From NCBI GenBank assembly GCA_965261395.1, contig OZ253462.1:4064001-4128000 (forward strand): a stretch of DNA of 64,000 nucleotides. The letters run 5' to 3'. This document shows, one piece after another, positions 1 through 9,453 of this stretch; position 1 is the first letter of the stretch, and each line of letters starts with the position of its first letter. The notes below the pieces were generated by a model. That model saw nothing but the letters and a program-made list of their open reading frames with translations, was not told the DNA's origin and did no database searches. The stretch comes from Candidatus Latescibacterota bacterium. Lineage in GTDB: Bacteria > Latescibacterota > UBA2968 > UBA8231. Both the position numbers and the translations under genes were made by a program.

Positions 1-429
1 ATCCCGATGCTGATTCTGACCGGGCCGCGCCGGCTGCCGGATTTGGCGCGGATTCTCGATCGCTACCCGGATGTAGATTGCTGCATCGACCACATGGCCA
101 GCGCTCATCCCGACAACCCGGAGGAGCGGCAATCGCTGATGGATATGGCCCGTTACCCCCGCGTGTACGTCAAGATCAGCCACACTTGGTCGCTGTCTAA
201 GCAGGGCTATCCTTGGGCCGATACGCACGAGATGGTCGAGGAAGTGTATCAGACCTTCGGGCCGCAGCGCATCATGTGGGGCACGGATTGGCCGGTGTGC
301 CTGTCGCAGGCCGAATACTCCCAGCCCCTGACGGTGGTGCGCGACGAGATGAAGTTCATCGCGCCGGAGGATCTGGAGTGGGTGCTGGGCAAGACGGTGT
401 TGAAGCTGTGGCCATTCGGGGAGGCATAA
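1..429 (+). CDS. Amidohydrolase_2 family protein (5' partial)
   Basis: IDHM and RIMWGTDWP motifs; frame open from window edge. Confidence 0.8.
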   Translation: MPMLILTGPRRLPDLARILDRYPDVDCCIDHMASAHPDNPEERQSLMDMARYPRVYVKISHTWSLSKQGYPWADTHEMVEEVYQTFGPQRIMWGTDWPVCLSQAEYSQPLTVVRDEMKFIAPEDLEWVLGKTVLKLWPFGEA

Positions 430-430
430 G

Positions 431-1297
431 ATGCTAAACATCGGCATTGTCGGGGCGGAAAACAGCCACACGGCAGCTATCGCCAAGGTACTCAACGTCG
501 AAAAGAAGGTACGAGGGGTGCGGGTGACCCACGTGTGGGGTGAGACCGCCCAATACGCTCAGGCCGCTGCCGCCGCCGGTCAAATCCCGCAGATTGTCCG
601 CACGCCTGAAGAGCTGATCGGCCAAGTTGATGCGGCGGTGGTCGATCACCGCCACGGCAAGGACCACCTGCCGGCGGCTTGGCCGCTGTTGGAGGCCAAG
701 ATCCCGCTTTTTATCGACAAGCCGTTCTGCTACCGCCGGGCCGAGGGGAAGCGCTTTTTGGCGCGGGCTGAGGAGTTGGGCGTGCCGGTCTGTTCTTTTT
801 CGACGTTGCCCAAACAGGCTTCGTACCGGGCCTTTGCCAAAAAGATGCGCCAGCTCGGCCCCATTCAGGCCGTGGTCGCCACCGGCCCCTGCGACATTAA
901 GTCGAAATGGGGTGGGGTCTTTTTTTATGGCATTCACCAAGTGGATATGGTGCTGCGCCTGCTCGGCACGGATATACGCTGGGCCGAGATCCATCGCGGG
1001 GGCGGGGACAATCACACGGCCATTCTTACCTACCGCGACGGCTGCGTAGCTACCCTGAACTTGGTGGGGGGCGCTGCGCCAGGGTTCCACCTGAGCGCCA
1101 TCGGCGAAAAGGGCCGCATCGACGAGCCGATCACATTCGACGCGAGTTCATATCTGAGCGGCGTCCGCGATTTTTGCACCATGTTCCGCACGGGCAAAAC
1201 CGATGAGACTGCGCAGACTATGCTGGGGCCGGTGGCAGTGCTGGAGGCGTTGGAGAAGTCCATAGTGAAAAAGAGCCGAGTGCGAGTGCAGCTATGA
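431..1297 (+). CDS. Gfo/Idh/MocA family oxidoreductase
   Basis: N-terminal IGIVGA Rossmann motif, FIDKP, FYGIH; GGAGG upstream. Confidence 0.85.
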   Translation: MLNIGIVGAENSHTAAIAKVLNVEKKVRGVRVTHVWGETAQYAQAAAAAGQIPQIVRTPEELIGQVDAAVVDHRHGKDHLPAAWPLLEAKIPLFIDKPFCYRRAEGKRFLARAEELGVPVCSFSTLPKQASYRAFAKKMRQLGPIQAVVATGPCDIKSKWGGVFFYGIHQVDMVLRLLGTDIRWAEIHRGGGDNHTAILTYRDGCVATLNLVGGAAPGFHLSAIGEKGRIDEPITFDASSYLSGVRDFCTMFRTGKTDETAQTMLGPVAVLEALEKSIVKKSRVRVQL

Positions 1298-2411
1298 CCG
1301 AGAAAACCATTCGCAGATTGAAGATCGAAAACTTCAAGAGCATTGACTCTTTGGAAGTAAAGGGGCTTGCTCCTTTTTCGGTATTCGCGGGGCGAATGGC
1401 TCGGGCAAGAGCAATTTCTTTGATGCGCTGGATTTTGTCAGTCTCTTCGTGCGCGGCGGGCTTGAAATCGCGTTGAGCGAGCATGGGAGCTTTGCAAATA
1501 TCCATTCGGTGAAGCGAGAGGGGGCGGATTCCAAAACGTTTAGCTTTGAGATCGAATGTGATTTTTTAGAACAGCAGGAAGAAAAGTATTCGTTGAGCAT
1601 TAACGACCTCGACAGCGAACCCGGAATCGAAGAACGCTTGTACCTCAATGAGGAACAAACTGGGGGCAAGGGAGAGATCGACGCCATGGGAGAATGGTCC
1701 GTTGTAAGTGAGGTCTCGGGTATCTATTCAACTCTATCGCTTGATCATCGAAATCATCCGCTTTCCGAACTCCTAAGAAACTTGAATGTGTACCGGATTG
1801 AGCCTACTGGAGCAAAGGAGTCGGATAGGTCTGATTTTGATTCAACGCAATTAAGGAGCAAGGGAAATAATCTGGCGAGTGTCTTGCATCGTTTAGAGGA
1901 CGATGAAGCGATACGCGAAGAAATTCAGGACTGGATGGAAATGATTGTCCCGGGGATTGAGAACATCCAGACAGAAGAGCAGAGACTGGATGGCAGAACC
2001 GCCCTGCGATTTAAGGAGGAAGGATTTGAGAAACCTTTCCCCGCTCACCTAGTTTCAGACGGGACGATGTACGCGCTCTGTTTGCTGGTCGCCGCGCTCG
2101 ACGCGCCTTCAGGTTGCGGAATGACGTTGATTGAGGAGCCGGAAAGAGGGCTGCATCCCAAGGCCATCCGTGAGTTGATAGATTTGATGCGGCAGCAGGC
2201 TTCGCCTGAAAATCCTATATGGTTGACCACCCATAGCGAGTCGGTTGTTCGAGCGCTTAAACTTAGCGAACTCGTTCTCGTGGATAAGGTTGAAGGCCGC
2301 ACCACAATGAAGCCAGCCGATGCAGGGAACATCTCCCAAGAGGACCTTGCTCCGTTGGGCCTCGACGAAGTGTGGCTCTCGAACCTGCTGGCCGGGGGGA
2401 TTCCATGGTGA
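1294..2411 (+). pseudogene. AAA_21/ABC-type ATPase, frameshifted in Walker A (or sequencing error)
   Basis: IRRLKIENFKSI start; adding one G to G4 at 1389-1392 gives GANGSGKSNFFDAL in frame with ORF 1449-2411, which has VSDGT, LIEEPERGLHP and TTHS motifs. Confidence 0.85.
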
Positions 2412-2998
2412 CTGTGGGGTTCGTGGTGGAAGGGGCTTCAGAAAAGCGGCTGGTCGAAAACAAATTGTTTCGGAAATGGCTACGCGAGGATTGCAACTTG
2501 GCAGTGATTGATCCGGTGGTTGATGCGGCTGGAAGCGGTAATATGTGCAGCCGTAATATCGAGGCTCTAGTCAAGGGGATCAGGATGGAGGCAAAGCCGG
2601 ATAAGGTGGTTGTGCTGGCCGACCTCGATCCCGATGAACGTGTGCCGTGTGTGCAAAAGCGCAAGGAGACCATTGGTTCTCGAGGCATTGATTTAGTCTT
2701 AATTGCGAAGAAGGCGATGGAATCTTGGTTTCTTGCCGATACGGAAGCGATGCGCCGATGGTTGGGCGACGATACCTTCTGTGAGGTTACTCCGGAAACC
2801 CTAATCGGAATGCCTTGGGATCGGCTGAAAGAACTCGGCCGCAAAAAGGGTAGAGGGCCGGGGAGGAACCGATTCTTTTTTGCCAGAAAATTCATTCGTG
2901 AGCACAGGTTTGATGTCAGACGAGCAGCTCAGCATGACCAGTGCCCCAGTGCCCTTTATTTTGTCGAACGGCTCTGTGCGTTGGGCAATCCACGATAA
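2405..2998 (+). CDS. OLD-type TOPRIM protein (DUF4276/RloB-like), partner of the ATPase
   Basis: FVVEGASE, ADLD, MESWFLAD motifs; start overlaps ATPase stop. Confidence 0.7.
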   Translation: MVTVGFVVEGASEKRLVENKLFRKWLREDCNLAVIDPVVDAAGSGNMCSRNIEALVKGIRMEAKPDKVVVLADLDPDERVPCVQKRKETIGSRGIDLVLIAKKAMESWFLADTEAMRRWLGDDTFCEVTPETLIGMPWDRLKELGRKKGRGPGRNRFFFARKFIREHRFDVRRAAQHDQCPSALYFVERLCALGNPR

Positions 2999-3028
2999 CG
3001 TCAACAACACAAGGAGGAAGACGGTAGT

Positions 3029-4159
3029 ATGACCATCCAACTTAAATCAGCAGACCAAACCCACTACGACGCCATCGCCCTAGGCGAAGTCCTCATGCGC
3101 ATCGATCCCGGTCAAGTGCCCACGGCTCGGGCGCGCACCGCCCGGATCTGGCACGGGGGCGGCGAGACCAATGTCGCCGAGGGCTTAAGCTATTGCTTCG
3201 GCTTGCGCGCCGCCGTCATCACGGCCCTCGTGGACGACGGGATTGGCCGCAACATTGAAAATCAACTGCGCGAAGCCGGGCTAGACACCGGGCACATCAT
3301 CTGGTTTAACAACGGCGGCAAGGGCCAATTCAGCACCGACGCCAAGGGGACTTTGCACAATGGGATCAACTTCACTTGGGCTGGCAAGGGCCTTTTGCCT
3401 TCGGTGACCGAATACTATCGCGCCCATACCCCAGTGCGCGAAATCGGGCCTGGCGATGTGGACTGGGACCATCTCTTCGGCGCGTTGGGGACGCGGTGGT
3501 TTAGCACCGGCGGGATTTACACCTTGCTCTCGGGAAAGACGGCCGCGCTGGCGTTAGAAGCGATGCAGAAGGCCGGCGAACACGGCGCTGGCCGTTCCTT
3601 TGACCTCAACTACCGCTCCAAGGTCGAGCCAGATAAGGAGCGGGCCCGCCAGATCAATCGCTCTATTGTGCCGCATGTCGAGTTCCTCGTCGGCAACCAA
3701 GACGACTTTGACGACGCGCTGGGCTACGAAACCGAAAAGGTGGCCAAAGACGCCAGCTTTGATCAGTGGTTAGCGATCTACACCAAGATGCTGCACCAAG
3801 TCGCCAACGACTATCCGAACCTCAAGTACATCGGCACGCAGTTGCGCGGCGCGCTGACGGCGGATCGCATCAACTGGGGCGCGGTGCTCTTCGACGTCGA
3901 GGAAGGCGAAATCTACCAGGCGGCCGTGCGCGAAAACATTGAAATCGCCGATCGCACTGGCGGCGGCGATTCCTTTGCCTCGGGCGTGGTTGCGGCACTG
4001 CTCGACGGACGGGGAGCAGCCGACGCCGTGCAGTGGGGGGCCGCCCACGGCATCTTGGTGCAGGAGTGCATCGGCGACACCACTATGGTCACGCGAGACG
4101 ATGTTGAAAAGGAAGTCGCCCGCGCCATCAAAGGCGGCGGCGTTTCGGCACTCAGATGA
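3029..4159 (+). CDS. PfkB family sugar kinase (2-keto-3-deoxygluconate kinase-like)
   Basis: GGGETNVA, FDLNYR, DRTGGGDSFASG; AGGAGG SD. Confidence 0.85.
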   Translation: MTIQLKSADQTHYDAIALGEVLMRIDPGQVPTARARTARIWHGGGETNVAEGLSYCFGLRAAVITALVDDGIGRNIENQLREAGLDTGHIIWFNNGGKGQFSTDAKGTLHNGINFTWAGKGLLPSVTEYYRAHTPVREIGPGDVDWDHLFGALGTRWFSTGGIYTLLSGKTAALALEAMQKAGEHGAGRSFDLNYRSKVEPDKERARQINRSIVPHVEFLVGNQDDFDDALGYETEKVAKDASFDQWLAIYTKMLHQVANDYPNLKYIGTQLRGALTADRINWGAVLFDVEEGEIYQAAVRENIEIADRTGGGDSFASGVVAALLDGRGAADAVQWGAAHGILVQECIGDTTMVTRDDVEKEVARAIKGGGVSALR

Positions 4160-4170
4160 GGGAGCATACG

Positions 4171-5184
4171 ATGAAATTGTTGCAGTGTGGTATGTTGGCG
4201 GCGCTGGCCGCGCCCGTTATGGCCCAGGTCACAGTCGAGGAAATCGAGTATGAGGGTTGGGCAAACTCGATTAAAATTGCCAATCCCGATGTGCGCGTAG
4301 TCGTGGTGCCAGCCATCGGTCGCATCATGCACTACGGATTGGTCGGGGGCGAAAACATCCTCTGGTCCGATCCCAAGCTCCACGGTCAGGTGCTGCCCGA
4401 TGGCCAACCCAATGTCGATGAGGAAGGCCAGTACACGTGGACCAATTTCGGCGGCGACAAGGTCTGGCCCAACCAACAAAGCGAGTTTGCCAAAATCAAC
4501 GGCCACTCTTGGCCGCCCGACCACGCTTTCGACGGTGGGGTACACGAGGTTGAGTTGCTGCCGCAGGGAGTGGCGATCTCCAGCCCGATGAGCGAGTACA
4601 ATGGGGCGCGCAGCGTGCGCGAGATCCGCTTGGCAAAACGGGGCACGCGCGTGGAAATTCACCAGCGGATCGAAAAGCTGGCCGCGGCCAAGGTCGAGCC
4701 GTTGCGCTACACCATTTGGAACGTCACCCAGATCCAGCCACCCGAGCAAACCCTCTATCCGCTCAACCCGCATAGTCACTTCGATCTGCGCTATCATCCC
4801 TTTGGCTTTGCCGACAGCGCGGCCATGCGCAACTTCACCATTGAGGGCGACATTGGGATTTTTGTGCCCGACCCGGAGGAGGCGCAGAAGACTGGAGCTG
4901 ACTCGGACGGTTGGTTGGCCGGCATTGTCGGCGACGTGGTCATGGCTGAGTTTTTTCGCCGCGATGGGACCCAGAGCTACCCGGACGGGGGCTTGAGTGC
5001 CGAGGTCTATACCTGCCTGGATTACACCGAGCTAGAGCTGTTAAGCCCTTGGGTCTATTTGCAGGTGGGCGAGACCTTGATGCACGAGATCGCTTGGGAA
5101 TTGCACCGCTTGCCAGCGGATGCAGAGACGCCGCAGGCGCGGCGGCAAGCCGCAGTCGAATGGCTCGCCACGCGCGTGGAGTGA
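4171..5184 (+). CDS. Secreted aldose-epimerase-fold protein (DUF4380-like)
   Basis: Signal peptide, IGRIMHYG, NFGGDKVWP, EVY..YTELELLSP; start chosen after GAGGGAG. Confidence 0.6.
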   Translation: MKLLQCGMLAALAAPVMAQVTVEEIEYEGWANSIKIANPDVRVVVVPAIGRIMHYGLVGGENILWSDPKLHGQVLPDGQPNVDEEGQYTWTNFGGDKVWPNQQSEFAKINGHSWPPDHAFDGGVHEVELLPQGVAISSPMSEYNGARSVREIRLAKRGTRVEIHQRIEKLAAAKVEPLRYTIWNVTQIQPPEQTLYPLNPHSHFDLRYHPFGFADSAAMRNFTIEGDIGIFVPDPEEAQKTGADSDGWLAGIVGDVVMAEFFRRDGTQSYPDGGLSAEVYTCLDYTELELLSPWVYLQVGETLMHEIAWELHRLPADAETPQARRQAAVEWLATRVE

Positions 5185-5192
5185 GGGTGATC

Positions 5193-5230
5193 CGCAGATG
5201 GACGCAGATAGACGCAGATAGACGCAGAGA
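5193..5230. repeat. 10-bp tandem repeat (gacgcagata, about 4 copies)
   Basis: cgcagatg gacgcagata gacgcagata gacgcagaga; flanked by imperfect direct repeat 5158-5190 / 5229-5263. Confidence 0.9.
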
Positions 5231-5266
5231 ATGGCTCGCCATGCGTACGGAATGAGGAGGTGATGC

Positions 5267-6274
5267 GTGAAACCTAAAGTATTGGTGGATCCACATGGTT
5301 ATGCGCAGCCAGAGGACTTGGCTCGTCTTGGGGAAGTGGTCGAGGTCGTCGAACCGACGGAGCGCCTGTCCGAGCGGGCCTTTATCGAGGCGTTGGTTGG
5401 CTGTGAAGGCGTGATCCGCCTCGGGGGGCGGTTGCCCGAGCTGACACGGGCTGTGTTTGCAGGGGCCCCCGACTTGCGGATTGCCGGCGTCAGCGGGGAT
5501 CGCTTTGGCACGGGTATCGACTTGGCGGTCGCTGGGGAGCACGGCGTGCTGGCCGTGGATACCGACAATATCGCCTCGGCCGCGCCGGTGGCCGAGTGGG
5601 ATTTGGCCCTGATGCTGTTTTGTCTGCGCAATGGGGCCGCGGTTTATCGGCAGATGATAGCGGGCGAAGAGCAGTGGGCGCAGGCGGGCAACGACGACTT
5701 TGTCCACGGCGAATTGACTGGGAAGAAGGTCGGGTTGGTCGGATGCGGGCACGTAGGGCAGCGGTTGGTCGAATTGCTAGGTCCCTTTCGGGTGGACCTG
5801 CGCGTCGCCGACCCGTATTTGCCCGAGGAAGTCGCCGCTGAGTTGGGCATTGTACGCGGCTCGCTCGACGAGGTGTTGCAACACGCCGACATCCTCGTAG
5901 TCCAGGTTCCACACACGCCCAAGACCGAAAAGATGATCGGGGCACGAGAGCTCGATTTGCTGGGTCGCGGTCGCATCCTGATCAATTGCTGTCGCGGGCC
6001 GGTCGTGGATTATGAGGAACTGACGCAGCGGCTGGCAAGGGGCGAGCTAATCGCCGGACTTGATGTCTTCGACCCAGAGCCGCTGCCCCAAGACAGCCTC
6101 TTGCGCCACCTGCCCAACGCCTTTGTCAGCCCCCATATCGCTTGGTATGCGCCCGAGACGTTTGGCCGCTATTTCTCGGTGATGGTCGATGAGTTCGTGC
6201 GATTCTTTAGTGGGGAAGGGCTGCGGTTTGAACTGACGCGGCGGATGGTGGACATCCGACACGGGCGGATTTAG
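5267..6274 (+). CDS. D-isomer-specific 2-hydroxyacid dehydrogenase
   Basis: VGLVGCGHVG, INCCRGPVVD, LDVFDPEPL, SPHIA. Confidence 0.9.
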   Translation: MKPKVLVDPHGYAQPEDLARLGEVVEVVEPTERLSERAFIEALVGCEGVIRLGGRLPELTRAVFAGAPDLRIAGVSGDRFGTGIDLAVAGEHGVLAVDTDNIASAAPVAEWDLALMLFCLRNGAAVYRQMIAGEEQWAQAGNDDFVHGELTGKKVGLVGCGHVGQRLVELLGPFRVDLRVADPYLPEEVAAELGIVRGSLDEVLQHADILVVQVPHTPKTEKMIGARELDLLGRGRILINCCRGPVVDYEELTQRLARGELIAGLDVFDPEPLPQDSLLRHLPNAFVSPHIAWYAPETFGRYFSVMVDEFVRFFSGEGLRFELTRRMVDIRHGRI

Positions 6275-6282
6275 CGAGGAAA

Positions 6283-6308
6283 GGGGCAGGTCTGCGGCGA
6301 CCTGCCCC
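6283..6308. terminator. Hairpin between convergent genes
   Basis: ggggcaggtc / gacctgcccc 10-bp stem, 6-nt loop. Confidence 0.6.
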
Positions 6309-6320
6309 CTCGGAAAACGG

Positions 6321-7253
6321 CTACTTCTTGGTGCCTTTGCGACCGGGAAAGGTCAGCTCGGCAATACCCGATTTGTCGAGATCACCCAGCCCTAGTTTCT
6401 TCATTTTGTCGTACTGGCGCTTGGTCGCCTGCGCCAGCGGCAGGCTGAGCTTATTTTGGCGGGCCAGTGCGAGGGCGATGCCGGAGTCTTTGGCCGCGTG
6501 GTCTGCGGAAAAATAGCATTCGTGATCGCGGATAGTCATGTCCTCGCCGTCGGTCTCTAGTACCCGCGAGTTAGCGCCGGTTTGGGAGAAGACCTTCATC
6601 AGCGTCTTCAGGTCCAATCCGAGCGCCGAGCCCAAGCCTAGTCCCTCGGCCAAGCCGGCGGTGTTGATGTTCATGACCATGTTGACGAGGGCCTTGACTT
6701 GGGCCGCTTGGCCGGCGGTGCCGATGTAGCGCAAATCGACGCTCAGGGCGTCGAGGATGGGCCGGACGCGGTTGAAGACACTGCGTTTGCCGCCGCACAT
6801 CAGGTACAGCGTGCCTTGGCGCGCTTGGGTGATGCTGGAGGCCATGCAGCCTTCGAGGGAGGAAGCACCAACCGCGGCGGCGCGCTCTTCGACCTCGACG
6901 TGGACCGCGGGCGAGATAGTGGCGCAGTTGATAAAGGTCGTGCCTTTGGCATTGGCCAACAGGGAGTCGCCAGAAGTGGCAAAGATCGAACGCACGGCCG
7001 CATCGTCAGTGACTACTGTGATGACCACGTCGGAGAGGGCCGTAACTTCGGCTAGGGTTTTGGGGGCGGCGCAGCTAAGCTCTTTGGCTAGTTTGCGGGC
7101 GGCGCGGCTGTTGGCGTCGGATACGGCCGAAATGTTGAAGCCCTTGTCGTTGAGGTTGCGGGCCATACGTTGACCCATACGACCCACGCCGACAAAGCCG
7201 ATTTGAAAGTCCTTTTTGTCCTTTTTGCTTTTGGTGGATTTTCTTTTTGCCAT
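6321..7253 (-). CDS. NAD(P)-dependent oxidoreductase, 3-hydroxyisobutyrate/6-phosphogluconate dehydrogenase family
   Basis: IGFVGVGRMG, KALVN, AAKD motifs; ATG at 7253 with GAGGAG SD. Confidence 0.85.
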   Translation of the reverse strand: MAKRKSTKSKKDKKDFQIGFVGVGRMGQRMARNLNDKGFNISAVSDANSRAARKLAKELSCAAPKTLAEVTALSDVVITVVTDDAAVRSIFATSGDSLLANAKGTTFINCATISPAVHVEVEERAAAVGASSLEGCMASSITQARQGTLYLMCGGKRSVFNRVRPILDALSVDLRYIGTAGQAAQVKALVNMVMNINTAGLAEGLGLGSALGLDLKTLMKVFSQTGANSRVLETDGEDMTIRDHECYFSADHAAKDSGIALALARQNKLSLPLAQATKRQYDKMKKLGLGDLDKSGIAELTFPGRKGTKK

Positions 7254-7388
7254 TTTGTTCTCCTCGTTGAAGGGGTAAAACGTCCTAACCGCCGACCAAA
7301 GCGGTCGGCGGAAAACGAATTGTGGTGGGCCGAATGCGATGGCCCATAACATACTGAGCGCGTTAGATATATTCAACAGAGGTGTGCC

Positions 7389-8180
7389 ATGAAAGTAGGG
7401 ATCACGCAGATCATTTTAGGGAACATGTCGCTAGCGGACACGCTGAGATTGTGCGAGGACGCCGGCTATCAAGCTGTGGAACTAGTCTTTGCCGAGGGCA
7501 AGGACTTGGATCCGAGCATGAGTGCCGACGAGATCGCGCAGGTTGGGCAGCAGTGCGCTGCGGCCGGAGTTGAAATCGGCAGCGTCATCGTCTGGTATCA
7601 AGAGCGCGGCAACCTGCTCAGCCGTGATGCCGGTGAGCGCGAGCGATGTCTCAAGTGCTTGCGGCGCTCGCTTGAGATCGCCGGTGCGCTGTCGGTCGAT
7701 GGGGTGCTGTTGCACCCGGGCCAGCTAGCGGTCGAGGGCACCTATCAGCAGGCTTGGGATGGGTTGCGGGACGCGCTGATTGATACAGCTCCTTTGGCCG
7801 AGGAAATGGGGGCGGCCATTGGTTTGGAAAACGTCTGGAACAAATTCCTGCTCAGCCCGCGCGAAGCCCGGCTTTTCGTCGATGAAATCGGCAGCGAGTG
7901 GGTGGGGATCTACCTCGACACGGCTAACATGATGGCCTATGGCTATCCAGAGCACTGGATCCGCGAGTTGGGGCCGCGCATCAAAAAGGTGCATTTCAAG
8001 GATTTCCGCCGCAGCGAGCACAGTTTCGTCAACCTGCTCGAAGGGGATACAGACTGGCCGGCAGTCATGGCCGCCCTGCGGGCGGCGGGATACGATTCCA
8101 CGCTGATTCACGAAGTGGGCGGCAGCCGTGAGGAACTCATTGATCTCGGGGCGCGAATGCGCCAAATTGCCGCTTTGTAA
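7389..8180 (+). CDS. Sugar phosphate isomerase/epimerase (xylose isomerase-like TIM barrel)
   Basis: LENVWNKFL, DTAN, VHFKD, IHE motifs. Confidence 0.85.
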   Translation: MKVGITQIILGNMSLADTLRLCEDAGYQAVELVFAEGKDLDPSMSADEIAQVGQQCAAAGVEIGSVIVWYQERGNLLSRDAGERERCLKCLRRSLEIAGALSVDGVLLHPGQLAVEGTYQQAWDGLRDALIDTAPLAEEMGAAIGLENVWNKFLLSPREARLFVDEIGSEWVGIYLDTANMMAYGYPEHWIRELGPRIKKVHFKDFRRSEHSFVNLLEGDTDWPAVMAALRAAGYDSTLIHEVGGSREELIDLGARMRQIAAL

Positions 8181-8198
8181 ACATAGGAGGAATGAGAC

Positions 8199-8921
8199 AT
8201 GGTGTACATCATCAATTGGCGCGACATCCAACCCAATATAGCCCACCTGAGCGCTGTGCATTGGGGCGGGTTGCGCGACCGCGTTGGCGACGACGACCCA
8301 GATCCGCGCCATTGCCTAGAGCGCCTACAGGGCTTTGCCCGCCACGCGCTACAGGGCCGCAAGAATTCGGATTACCACAAGCACGAAAACCTCGAACAAG
8401 TGTACTACGTGCTCTCGGGCAGCGGCTACGTGCTCTTTGACAAGGAGCGTTTCCCCGTGCAGGAAGGCGACGCGGTGTACCTGCCGTCGGGCGTCCATCA
8501 CCAGATGTTTAACGACGCCAGCGAGGACTGGCTCGAACACCACGTGATCAGCCAAAGAATCGCGGCCAACAGCGGAGAGTTTGCCATCCGCAACTGGCGC
8601 GATGTGCCGGCGATGGGCGACGGTGCGGGCGCGGTGCGCTGGCATCAGCTAGGCCCGGTCGGCGAGGAGGGGGTGGGCTTTACGCAGGGGCTGCACTGCA
8701 TTGACCGCGAGGCTATACAACCGCGCGGACAGACGGTCGAGCAATGCTGCGAAGAGCTAGAGCAGGTCTATTACGTGCTGGAAAACAGCGGCATCTTGGA
8801 AGCCGATGGCGACGCGCAGGAGATTCGGGAAGGGGATATGATCCACCTGCCACCGGGTACGCGCTACGCGATCCGCAACCCGCACGCCGAGTGGCTTTCC
8901 TACCTCATCATGGCGGCCTGA
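8199..8921 (+). CDS. Double cupin domain protein
   Basis: Two cupin repeats: HKHENLEQVYYVLSG..PSGVHH and LEQVYYVLE..PPGTRY. Confidence 0.8.
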   Translation: MVYIINWRDIQPNIAHLSAVHWGGLRDRVGDDDPDPRHCLERLQGFARHALQGRKNSDYHKHENLEQVYYVLSGSGYVLFDKERFPVQEGDAVYLPSGVHHQMFNDASEDWLEHHVISQRIAANSGEFAIRNWRDVPAMGDGAGAVRWHQLGPVGEEGVGFTQGLHCIDREAIQPRGQTVEQCCEELEQVYYVLENSGILEADGDAQEIREGDMIHLPPGTRYAIRNPHAEWLSYLIMAA

Positions 8922-8924
8922 GCT

Positions 8925-9137
8925 ATGGCACTAGATCAATTGCACGCCACCCTGCAAGCGCTGATGACGGCCATCGACAACCGCGAGGGCGAGTCGATTG
9001 CCGAGCATCTGCGGCAGCTTGACGAACTAGGCAACGAAGCCCCGCCGATGTTGCGCCACTACTTGGAGAAGCGCAGCTATGCCAAGGCCCTGGATTTTTT
9101 GGAAGGGCGCGATGAGGCCGCAGCTCCCAACTGCTGA
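8925..9137 (+). CDS. Small helical hypothetical protein
   Basis: Fills operon gap; LRHYLEKRSYAKALDFL; codon pattern like neighbours. Confidence 0.65.
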   Translation: MALDQLHATLQALMTAIDNREGESIAEHLRQLDELGNEAPPMLRHYLEKRSYAKALDFLEGRDEAAAPNC

Positions 9138-9144
9138 AAGCTCT

Positions 9145-9453
9145 ATGCGCCGGGCGTTCTACGAGACCATCGCCTGTGTGCCCTACGGCAAGGTGGCGAC
9201 CTACGGGCAGATCGCCACCTTGGCCGGCTATCCGGGGCGGGCGCGGCAAGTAGGTTTTGCTTTAGCGGGGATGCCCGGGGAATGGGACCTGCCTTGGCAC
9301 CGCATCATCAACGCCCAAGGCAAGGTCTCGCCGCGCAGCGGCAGCAAATTTCATCTGTTGCAATACGAGCTTTTGGCCAGCGAGGGCGTTGCCTTTACAG
9401 CGCAACGCATCGACCTGAACCGGTTTGGCTGGCGACCTGAGGCGGAGGATTGA
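9145..9453 (+). CDS. Alkyltransferase-like (MGMT/Atl family) protein
   Basis: VPYGKVATYGQIA and PWHR (Trp in place of catalytic Cys of PCHR). Confidence 0.85.
   Translation: MRRAFYETIACVPYGKVATYGQIATLAGYPGRARQVGFALAGMPGEWDLPWHRIINAQGKVSPRSGSKFHLLQYELLASEGVAFTAQRIDLNRFGWRPEAED

Noticed and set aside
5193-5230. Mini CRISPR array
   Set aside because: 10-bp units with no spacers
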